This document shows, piece by piece, positions 29,152-36,959 of a DNA stretch of 64,000 nucleotides (its first letter is position 1; the number at the start of each line of letters is the position of its first letter). Source of the stretch: Mogibacterium sp. GTDB taxonomy: Bacteria > Bacillota > Clostridia > Peptostreptococcales > Anaerovoracaceae. The stretch spans positions 125,502 to 189,501 of the forward strand of contig JAFRCS010000006.1 in assembly GCA_017404265.1 (NCBI GenBank), written 5' to 3'. Under the pieces are notes generated by a model, which searched no databases, had not been told where the DNA came from, and worked only from the letters and a program-made list of their open reading frames with translations. The translations under genes and the position numbers were made by a program.

Positions 29152-30732
29152 ATGAAAAGGAAAAGCTTACTGGTATTATTGCTGTCGGTTATGATGGTGC
29201 TGTCTCCGGCACTTTGCGCTTTTGCTGATTCAGAAGCAACGGATAATGCGGGTGAAGGTCAGCAGCAGGAAGTTGTGGTCGATCTCACCGAAGAGGAAGA
29301 CGCTCCTGAAACCATTGAGGATCCTGTGGCTGAAGAAAAAGCCATTGAGGAAGCAGATAAAGCATCGGAAGAGCAACCTGTTATGAGGGGCGAGCCAAAA
29401 GACTCAGGCTGTTCACATATAAACAAAGACACTTATGTTGACTGGAATAGCGATGAAGTTCAAATCGAAGAGATCGAAGGTGATGACTGCTATCACAGAG
29501 TTATTGGCGATATATACATTGTCACATACTGCGAAGATTGTGGTGAAGACCTCAAATGGACTCCATATGGAGATAATGAAATCTTAGCTAGCCATGATTA
29601 TGGCAGCAATCATGTTTGTACGCTCTGCGGCCATGTGAACGGATGCAAACATAAAAAGACTTATGTATGGTATGACTATGATGAAGTTGAAATCACTGAT
29701 GATGAGAATGGCGATACCCACAGCGTCACAGGCTATATAACCAGAAAAACCACTTGCAAATACTGTGAGGAAGACCTGGAGACAGAGAACCTTGGTTATA
29801 CGACTGTACATGAAGAACACGACTATGTGAGTGGTGTCTGCGATTTATGCGGACACAAGAGGAACGAAAATTGGGCAAATAATGGAACCTATTACTACGA
29901 TGCGAACGGAAAGCTGGCAAAGGGCTGGAAAAAGATTGACGGCGAATGGTACTACTTCGATAAGTCCAGCGGCGTAAAGAAAACAGGATGGCTCAAAGAC
30001 GGCAGCTATTGGTATTACTTAGATCCGGCTGTATCGGAAATCAGCGGAGTCTCCGGCGCCATGGCAATCGGCTGGAAAAAAATCAGCAAGAAGATGTATT
30101 ACTTCGACAGCTCAGGAAAAATGAAGACAGGCTGGCTCAAATTGACCCATACTGATGAAGACGGAGAAACATATACTGACTGGTATTACTTAAACTCGAG
30201 CGGAGCACAGCTCTTTGGCTGGCAAAAGATCAGCAATAAGTGGTACTACTTCGAAGAGAACTACTTCGAAGATGACTATGACGAAGATGACTATGATGCT
30301 GGATACATGGCGACAGGGATCTGGTATGTCGATAATGTGGAAAAGGCTTATCTGTTTGGCAGCAACGGCGTGTGGCAGAGCGGATTTACAGGCTGGAAGA
30401 GTGAAACTGTCATCTTTGGCGATGGAGACAAATACACGTATTGGTACTACTTCAAGAAAGGCGTAGGTGTTAACGGCTGGCAGAAGATCAGCAATACCTG
30501 GTATTGCTTCGAAGACGGTTATATGCTTGCAGATACATGGGCTTCTGACAGCAGCGGAGAGTACTGGCTGGGCAGCAACGGCAAGATCACCAAAAATAAA
30601 TGGATCAAAGACTATAATGGAAATTGGCGTTACATGGGCTCAAACGGCCATCCGGTATGCAATAAATGGATCAAGGATTCAAAAGGCTGGTGTTACCTGG
30701 ATGAAAATGGCATCATGGTCACCAACGGCTGA
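29152..30732 (+). CDS. Secreted cell-wall-binding-repeat protein with two Cys/His-rich modules; ends at an in-frame TGA
   Basis: Signal peptide MKRKSLLVLLLSVMMVLSPALCAFA, acidic linker, 2 CxH...CxxCG...CxxCGH modules, then CW repeats. The stop at 30730..30732 sits where paralogues have Trp. Confidence 0.8.
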   Translation: MKRKSLLVLLLSVMMVLSPALCAFADSEATDNAGEGQQQEVVVDLTEEEDAPETIEDPVAEEKAIEEADKASEEQPVMRGEPKDSGCSHINKDTYVDWNSDEVQIEEIEGDDCYHRVIGDIYIVTYCEDCGEDLKWTPYGDNEILASHDYGSNHVCTLCGHVNGCKHKKTYVWYDYDEVEITDDENGDTHSVTGYITRKTTCKYCEEDLETENLGYTTVHEEHDYVSGVCDLCGHKRNENWANNGTYYYDANGKLAKGWKKIDGEWYYFDKSSGVKKTGWLKDGSYWYYLDPAVSEISGVSGAMAIGWKKISKKMYYFDSSGKMKTGWLKLTHTDEDGETYTDWYYLNSSGAQLFGWQKISNKWYYFEENYFEDDYDEDDYDAGYMATGIWYVDNVEKAYLFGSNGVWQSGFTGWKSETVIFGDGDKYTYWYYFKKGVGVNGWQKISNTWYCFEDGYMLADTWASDSSGEYWLGSNGKITKNKWIKDYNGNWRYMGSNGHPVCNKWIKDSKGWCYLDENGIMVTNG

Positions 30733-30924
30733 GCCAGGGACTCCTGGGGCTGTTGCTGGATAGGTGACAAGGGCTACATGGTCGAGGAGACTAAGTGGAT
30801 CTCATACGAAGGATACTGGTACTATATCGAAGACGGATACAGAGTTGAGGACGATACAATATGGATCGACGGTTGTTACTATTCATTCGATATCAATGGA
30901 ATATGTGAGAATCCGCCATTCTAA
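30733..30924 (+). pseudogene. In-frame 3' remnant of the 29152 gene (63 codons + stop) cut off by the TGA
   Basis: Same frame as 29152. It encodes ARDSWGCCWIGDKGYMVEETKWISYEGYWYYIEDGYRVEDDTIWIDGCYYSFDINGICENPPF*, that is, further CW repeats and the family-typical ...NPPF C-terminus. Confidence 0.75.
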
Positions 30925-30938
30925 ACCAATAACAGAAG

Positions 30939-30968
30939 AGGGGGTCTGAAAAGGCCCCTTACTTTTTT
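30939..30968 (+). terminator. Rho-independent terminator (second copy of the conserved cassette)
   Basis: agggggtc-tgaaaa-ggcccctt hairpin followed by TTTTTT. Confidence 0.55.
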
Positions 30969-31066
30969 ATAAGGAAAACATGGATTTACAAAAGCGCTGT
31001 AAAATGATATTCTCTAACAGATTGATAATAAGCATTAACTAAAGAAAAATAGTTAAGGAGAGATAA

Positions 31067-32347
31067 ATGAAAAGAAACAGTTTGCTGATCTTATTGCTGT
31101 CGATCCTGATGGTGCTGTCTCCGGCACTTTGCGCTTTTGCGGAATCAGAAACGATAGATAATACGGGCAATGATGACGGTCAGCAGGAAGCAGTAGTCAA
31201 TCTCATCGAAGAAGACGCTCCGGCAACTGTTGAGGAGCCTGTGGCTGAAGAGGAGACAGAGAAATCTTCGGAGGAGGAGGCAGCGCCTGAAGAAGTTGTC
31301 CAGGAAGAGCCGTCTGTCTTGAGGAGCGGCGCGGGATGGTCAGACGACGGAAACTATTATTATGACGAAAACGGCGATCCGCTCAAAGGATGGCAGGAAA
31401 TCGACGGAGCAAGGTATTTCTTCAACGAAAACACCGGATTAAAGAAAACAGGATGGCTCAAACAAGTTGACGAAGAAGGTGTTGTCTACTGGTATTTTCT
31501 TGGCGAAGATGGCCGTTTAGTCACAAACTACTGGGCGTCTGACAGCAAGGGCCTGTGCTGGATCGGACCGGACGGTTATATGATCGAGCAGACCAAGTGG
31601 ATAAAAGTCGGAAATGACTGGTACTATATCGAAAAAGGATACCAGGTCCGGAACAAATGGAAGAAAGACTCTAAAGGCTGGTGCTATCTGGGATCGGACG
31701 GTCTTATGGTCACAAACGACTGGGCTCCGGACAGCAAGGGCTGGTGCTGGATAGGATCGGATGGCTACATGGTCGAACAGAACAAGTGGCTTAAAATCGG
31801 AGATTACTGGTACTATATCGAAAAAGGATACAGGGTCGAGAATACCTGGAAGAAAGACTCCAAGGGCTGGTGCTATCTGGGCGGAGACGGCCGCATGGTC
31901 ACAAACGACTGGGCCCCTGACAGCAAGGGCTGGTGCTGGATAGGTCCGAACGGATATATGGTCGAAACAAGCGGCTGGAAGGAGATCGACGGCGATTGGT
32001 ACTATTTGGAAAAGGGATATAGAGCTCAGGATAGATGGCTCAAAGATTCCACAGGCTGGTGCCATGTGGGTGAAGATGGCCGTATGGACAAAAACGAACA
32101 GATACCGGATTCCAAAGGCTGGTGCTGGGTGGACGAAAACGGCTATCAGGTAGTGGATCAGTGGGTAGTTGAACGCGGCAACTATTATTACTACGTTGAT
32201 TCAAGCGGCTATCAGGTTGAAAACAAGAAGAAGTATTATATAGGAGCTAAAAACGGATATCTGGCCGGATACTACAATTTCGACGAAGACGGAAGATGCA
32301 TCGACGAAAACGGAAGATACACGAATCCACCGAGAAAAACAAACTAA
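31067..32347 (+). CDS. Secreted cell-wall-binding-repeat protein with Cys-containing repeats
   Basis: The signal peptide is nearly identical to that of 29152. An acidic linker is followed by CW repeats organised as 63-aa super-repeats containing GWCW/GWCY. Confidence 0.85.
   Translation: MKRNSLLILLLSILMVLSPALCAFAESETIDNTGNDDGQQEAVVNLIEEDAPATVEEPVAEEETEKSSEEEAAPEEVVQEEPSVLRSGAGWSDDGNYYYDENGDPLKGWQEIDGARYFFNENTGLKKTGWLKQVDEEGVVYWYFLGEDGRLVTNYWASDSKGLCWIGPDGYMIEQTKWIKVGNDWYYIEKGYQVRNKWKKDSKGWCYLGSDGLMVTNDWAPDSKGWCWIGSDGYMVEQNKWLKIGDYWYYIEKGYRVENTWKKDSKGWCYLGGDGRMVTNDWAPDSKGWCWIGPNGYMVETSGWKEIDGDWYYLEKGYRAQDRWLKDSTGWCHVGEDGRMDKNEQIPDSKGWCWVDENGYQVVDQWVVERGNYYYYVDSSGYQVENKKKYYIGAKNGYLAGYYNFDEDGRCIDENGRYTNPPRKTN
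31520..32086 (+). repeat. Three tandem 189-bp coding repeats
   Basis: Repeat units start at 31520, 31709 and 31898 (gtcacaaac...), and a degenerate fourth starts at 32087. Confidence 0.8.
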
Positions 32348-32359
32348 AGCAATGATTCA

Positions 32360-32388
32360 AGCTCCGGCGAGAGATCGCCGGAGCTTTT
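32360..32388 (+). terminator. Rho-independent terminator
   Basis: Perfect 10-bp stem agctccggcg/cgccggagct, 6-nt loop, TTTT. Confidence 0.7.
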
Positions 32389-32509
32389 ATTTGCTCCTGA
32401 CAGCACAAGTTTCCTAAACATCTTTTAGGTTGTTTTTGGGGATATCGGATGATAACCTTTTTTAGAAAGAAGACTTTATTATTAAAGGCTGTCAAAGGGA
32501 GCAATAAAT

Positions 32510-34861
32510 ATGAAAAGAAAAAGCATATTAATATTACTGCTGTCAATGGTCATGGTGCTTTCGCCGGCACTCAGCGTTTTTGCTGATTCAGAAACAGCAG
32601 ATGATAATACAGGAAACGGTCAGCAGCAGGAGGCCGTGGTCGATTCTGCTGAAGACCGGGAAACTCCGGCTGTCGTTGAAGAACCTGCGAATGAAGATCC
32701 GGTGGCTGAGGAGCCTGCGCCTGAAGAGCCTGTTCAGGAAGAAGTTGTTAATGAAGAGGCAGCAGGATCGGACGCTCCGGAAGCCGAACCGGAAGGCATG
32801 AAAGCAGCACCGGCAAAGGCGGCGTGTACGCATTACAGAACGTCCTTAGAAGTTGTATTGGGAAGTAACGTCAGCTATTCAGAGATTACGGGCGACGATG
32901 AATACCATAAGGTCACAGGAGATGCGTATTGGGTCGAGACCTGTGTTGACTGCGGCGCGGAAGTGTGGAGCGAGAAGATCGAAACCTTACCGCATAATTA
33001 CAATTCGAATCATGTGTGCGTTGACTGCGGTCACAGCAATGCCTGCGAACACACAGCCGGAAGGGGAGAAGAAACAAGATACAACGGGACGCTTACATAT
33101 GAACAGATCGAGGGAAACAACGAGTTCCATAAAGCAAAGGGAGACATTTATAAGGTAGAATACTGTCTGAGCTGTGGCGAGGCTCTGGATTCGGAATATA
33201 AAGGCGAGTTCAAAGATGAACATATATATGGAGAGGATCATGTTTGCAAGTTGTGTAGTTATAAAAACACCTGCGGGCATCCTTCGACATACACCACATA
33301 TGAGTATGATGATGACGATGTTACCATAACAGACTGTGGCAGGAACCACAGCGTTATGGGAAAGATCTATGAAATAACAAGCTGCGAGATCTGTGGAGAA
33401 GACTTTGAGGTAAGAGAAGTCGATGCCGAAGATCAGCCTATATATGAGAGTCATTATTATGATGATTCCGGCATCTGCATGGGATGCGGACATGCAAGAA
33501 ATACAAACTGGTCATCAGATGGCAATTCTTACTACGAAAACGGCAAAAAGGTCACCGGCTGGAAGCTGATAGATGAGGAATGGTATTACTTTAATTCGAG
33601 CGGAGTCAAGAAGACCGGCTGGCTCAAGAGCGGTGACTACTGGTATTACCTGGATCCTGAAGAGGGAGACGCCGGTGCTTTCAGCGGAGCCATGGTCACA
33701 GAATGGCAAGAGATCAAAAACAAGTGGTATTACTTCAATCCGGTTTCCGGAAGAATGAAGACCGGCTGGCTCTATCTCACCGAGATAGATGAAGATGACG
33801 GCACTGAATATTCCGACTGGTATTATTTCAACTCAGACGGAGCGCAGCAATTCGGCTGGCAAAAGGTCAAAAGCATCTGGTACTATTTCGAAGAAGCAGA
33901 CTATGAAGGCAACATGGCATATGGACTTTACTATGTCGCAAAATCCAAAAGGGTCTATATGTTCAATGAAGACGGAAAATGGCTCGAAAACTTCACACAG
34001 TGGTACAGTGAAGAATGGGTAGATGATGAAGGCAACAATCACATAGACTGGTACTATTTCAATAACGGCAAAGCAGCAAAGGGCTGGCAGAAGTTCAACA
34101 ACTACTGGTACTATTTCAATGACCGCAGCATCATGGCAGCAAACGCCTGGGCAAAAGACAACACAGGCTGGTGCTGGCTGGAGGCGGATGGCCGTATGGC
34201 AACAGACAAGTGGCTCGAATACAAGGGCTCATGGTATTTCATCAAACCTGACGGCCATATGGCTGAGAGCTGCTGGCTGCAGGATGAAAACGGCTATCGC
34301 TGGGTAGATGCCAGCGGTAAGAATCCGAGGAACAAGTGGTTCCTGATAGACGATGAGTGGTACAAGGCTGATGCGGATGGATACAGATTCGCAAACTGCT
34401 GGGCAACAGACAGTACAGGGAAGTACTGGATGGATGCAAACGGCAAGATCACCAGAACCAGATGGATCTTTGACCCGGCTGACGGCGAATGGTATTACAT
34501 GAATGCTGACGGTTATATCACAGTAAGCAAATGGGTCAGGGATTCAAAGGAGTGGTATCTGCTTGATGAAAACGGCCACATAGTTAAGAATTCCTGGGCA
34601 CAGGATTCCCACGGATGGCTCTATCTTGATGGTAACGGCTACATCCTCAAGAACGGCTGGGCAAAAGACTCGGTGGGCACATGCTGGGCAGGCAGCGACG
34701 GTTACCTGTTAAAGAGCCAGTGGATCGAGTATGAAGGAGATATGTATTACGTCAATGCCAGCGGCTACAGAGTTGAAGGCAAGACCGTAACGATCAGCGG
34801 CAAGTCGTACACTTTCGACAGCAACGGAAAATGTCTGAATCCGCCTAAACCTGCCGGTTAA
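32510..34861 (+). CDS. Secreted cell-wall-binding-repeat protein with three Cys/His-rich modules
   Basis: Related signal peptide, Pro/Glu linker, 3 CxH...CxxCG...CxxCGH modules (nt 32825..33493), then more than 20 CW repeats. Confidence 0.85.
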   Translation: MKRKSILILLLSMVMVLSPALSVFADSETADDNTGNGQQQEAVVDSAEDRETPAVVEEPANEDPVAEEPAPEEPVQEEVVNEEAAGSDAPEAEPEGMKAAPAKAACTHYRTSLEVVLGSNVSYSEITGDDEYHKVTGDAYWVETCVDCGAEVWSEKIETLPHNYNSNHVCVDCGHSNACEHTAGRGEETRYNGTLTYEQIEGNNEFHKAKGDIYKVEYCLSCGEALDSEYKGEFKDEHIYGEDHVCKLCSYKNTCGHPSTYTTYEYDDDDVTITDCGRNHSVMGKIYEITSCEICGEDFEVREVDAEDQPIYESHYYDDSGICMGCGHARNTNWSSDGNSYYENGKKVTGWKLIDEEWYYFNSSGVKKTGWLKSGDYWYYLDPEEGDAGAFSGAMVTEWQEIKNKWYYFNPVSGRMKTGWLYLTEIDEDDGTEYSDWYYFNSDGAQQFGWQKVKSIWYYFEEADYEGNMAYGLYYVAKSKRVYMFNEDGKWLENFTQWYSEEWVDDEGNNHIDWYYFNNGKAAKGWQKFNNYWYYFNDRSIMAANAWAKDNTGWCWLEADGRMATDKWLEYKGSWYFIKPDGHMAESCWLQDENGYRWVDASGKNPRNKWFLIDDEWYKADADGYRFANCWATDSTGKYWMDANGKITRTRWIFDPADGEWYYMNADGYITVSKWVRDSKEWYLLDENGHIVKNSWAQDSHGWLYLDGNGYILKNGWAKDSVGTCWAGSDGYLLKSQWIEYEGDMYYVNASGYRVEGKTVTISGKSYTFDSNGKCLNPPKPAG

Positions 34862-34900
34862 TACATGGGGCAGAAAGACGGACAATAATCGATCGATTGA

Positions 34901-34935
34901 ACAGCCTGCAGGACTTGTATCCTGCAGGCTGTTTT
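34901..34935 (+). terminator. Rho-independent terminator
   Basis: Perfect 13-bp stem acagcctgcagga/tcctgcaggctgt, 6-nt loop, TTTT. Confidence 0.75.
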
Positions 34936-34969
34936 GCCTGATATATGCAGCACATATATTGATAAACAA

Positions 34970-34998
34970 TGCATAAAAGCAGGCCTATATGATATAAT
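34970..34998 (+). promoter_or_regulatory. Putative extended -10 promoter of the long tag-like operon
   Basis: TGaTATAAT at 34990..34998, with a weak -35 TGCATA 17 nt upstream. It lies 40 nt upstream of the 35038 ATG. Confidence 0.45.
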
Positions 34999-35037
34999 CA
35001 TTTAGTTAAATTACACTTGACCGCAAGGAGAAACTTA

Positions 35038-36273
35038 ATGCTACTATACATCGATCCCGGCACGGGAAGCATGCTTTTTACGATCCTGATAGGCGTGCTT
35101 GGAGCTGGTGCTTACAAGTTCAAGGACATGACTGTCAAGGCTCGTTTTTTGTTGAGCGGGGGCAAGACCAAATCAACTGACAACGAACATCCTGACTATG
35201 TGATATTTTCGGATCACAAGCGTTACTGGAATGTTTTCGAACCGGTTTGCGATGAGTTCGAAAAAAGAAAAACGCCTATCGTATATATGACCGCTTCACC
35301 TGACGATCCGGCTCTGGACAAAGAGTATGAATACGTAAAGACGGAATTCATCGGCGAGGGAAACAAGGCGTTCGCGTCCCTGAACACAATGCACGCGGAT
35401 ATCGTGCTGTCCACTACGCCAAGTCTGGATGTCCTTTACTGGAAGAGGTCGAAGCATGTCAAACACTATGTGCATATTCCTCATGCAGCAAGCGACCTGA
35501 CCATGTACAGAATGTTTGGCATCGATTTCTACGATACGATACTGACGTCCGGTGATTACCATGAGGAACAGATACGCGCACTCGAGAAAGTAAGGAAGCT
35601 TCCTGAGAAAGAAATAGTTAAAGTGGGGCTGCCTTTCCTCGATACGATGAAGGATCGCGTTGACAAAGCCGGCAAGGTGAGTAATGAAAAAAAGACTGTT
35701 CTTGTAGCGCCTTCATGGGGATCGAGCGCGATTTTCAGTAAATACGGCGGCAGGATCATTGACGAACTTCTAAAGACGGATTATGACATAATCATCAGGC
35801 CTCATCCGCAGTCGTTTACCAGTGAAAAGGAAATGATAGACTCGCTGATGCAGAGTTATCCTGAAAGTGACCGTCTTCACTGGAACAGGGATAACGACAA
35901 TTTTGACGTACTGAGGAGAGCTGACATCATGATCTCGGATTTTTCGGGAGTCATGTTCGATTTCAGCCTGGTCTTTGACAAGCCGCTCATCTACACTGAT
36001 GCGGAATATGATGACGCACCTTACGATGCCTGCTGGCTCGATGAAGAGCCTTGGACCTTCAGAGTTCTGCCTAAGCTGGGATCGAAATTGACAGAAGAAA
36101 ACATGAAGGATATTGGGGCCCTTGTTGAGAAATGTTTGACAGATAAAAGCTTTGAGCAGGGCAGGGCCGAGGCCCGTGCCGAGACCTGGGCTTACATCGG
36201 TGAAAGCGCATCTCGCGTGGCTGATTATCTGATCGATAAACATGAAAAGATGAACAGAGAGATCATCAGCTGA
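35038..36273 (+). CDS. CDP-glycerol glycerophosphotransferase family protein (TagB/TagF-like) with N-terminal TM helix
   Basis: VLVAPSWGSS and ISDFSGVMFDFSLVFDKPLIY (TagF family C-terminal motifs). The ATG at 35038 follows AAGGAG; the track ORF starts at an upstream TTG. Confidence 0.75.
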   Translation: MLLYIDPGTGSMLFTILIGVLGAGAYKFKDMTVKARFLLSGGKTKSTDNEHPDYVIFSDHKRYWNVFEPVCDEFEKRKTPIVYMTASPDDPALDKEYEYVKTEFIGEGNKAFASLNTMHADIVLSTTPSLDVLYWKRSKHVKHYVHIPHAASDLTMYRMFGIDFYDTILTSGDYHEEQIRALEKVRKLPEKEIVKVGLPFLDTMKDRVDKAGKVSNEKKTVLVAPSWGSSAIFSKYGGRIIDELLKTDYDIIIRPHPQSFTSEKEMIDSLMQSYPESDRLHWNRDNDNFDVLRRADIMISDFSGVMFDFSLVFDKPLIYTDAEYDDAPYDACWLDEEPWTFRVLPKLGSKLTEENMKDIGALVEKCLTDKSFEQGRAEARAETWAYIGESASRVADYLIDKHEKMNREIIS

Positions 36274-36276
36274 CAG

Positions 36277-36959
36277 TAAGGAGCACGAATGACTTTTGGA
36301 GAAATAATATACAAGATTCTAATAGGACCTCTCGAGCTGTTTTTCGAGGTCGTATTTGAGATAGCGAACAGACAGGTAAGCAACCCTGCCTATGCCATTA
36401 TCATGCTGAGTCTCGCGATGAACATCCTGGTTCTGCCGCTTTACCGCAGAGCCGACGCCGTTCAGGCTGAGGAAAGGGACCGTGAGAACGCGCTGGCGCC
36501 GTGGATCAAACACATCAAGAAGACGTTCAAAGGCGATGAGCGCTTCATGATGCTTCAGGCGTATTACCGCGAGAATGATTACAAGCCGACGGATTCACTG
36601 AAGGGATCGATCTCACTGCTGCTCGAGATCCCGTTCTTTATCGCGGCATATCACTTCCTCTCGAACCTGCAGACTCTGAGGGGAGTCGGATTCGGCCCTA
36701 TAAGCGACCTTGGCGCACCGGACGCGCTGATCAATATCGGAGGGATGTCAGTCAACGTTCTTCCGATACTGATGACACTCATAAACGTCATATCCGCAGC
36801 GATATACATGAAGGGTTTCCCACTCAAGAGCAAGATACAGATGTACGGCATAGCCGCCATCTTCCTTGTCTTCCTGTACAAGTCTCCGGCGGGACTGGTA
36901 TTCTACTGGACGCTGAACAATCTGTTCTCGCTGTTCAAGAACATCTTCTACAAGATACC
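36277..36959 (+). repeat. 683-bp direct repeat, copy A (RBS + YidC-like module)
   Basis: Aligns without gaps to 39065..39747 (offset 2788 bp). I counted about 42 substitutions in the coding part. Confidence 0.85.

Noticed and set aside
30730-30732. TGA decoded as Trp (genetic code 4-like recoding)
   Set aside because: Many clearly complete genes in the window terminate at TGA (for example 9695..9697, 21205..21207 and 44638..44640), so UGA is a normal stop in this organism.
30764-30949. 61-aa + strand ORF (MTRATWSRRL...) after the 29152 gene
   Set aside because: It is in the wrong frame. The biologically meaningful reading of this DNA is the frame of 29152, which continues the CW repeats after the in-frame TGA.
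27611-34861. Regular short repeats that might suggest a CRISPR array or a diversity-generating retroelement target
   Set aside because: The repeats are in-frame 60-63-nt coding repeats of wall-binding proteins with variable sequence. There are no unique spacers, no cas genes, and no reverse transcriptase or template repeat anywhere in the window.
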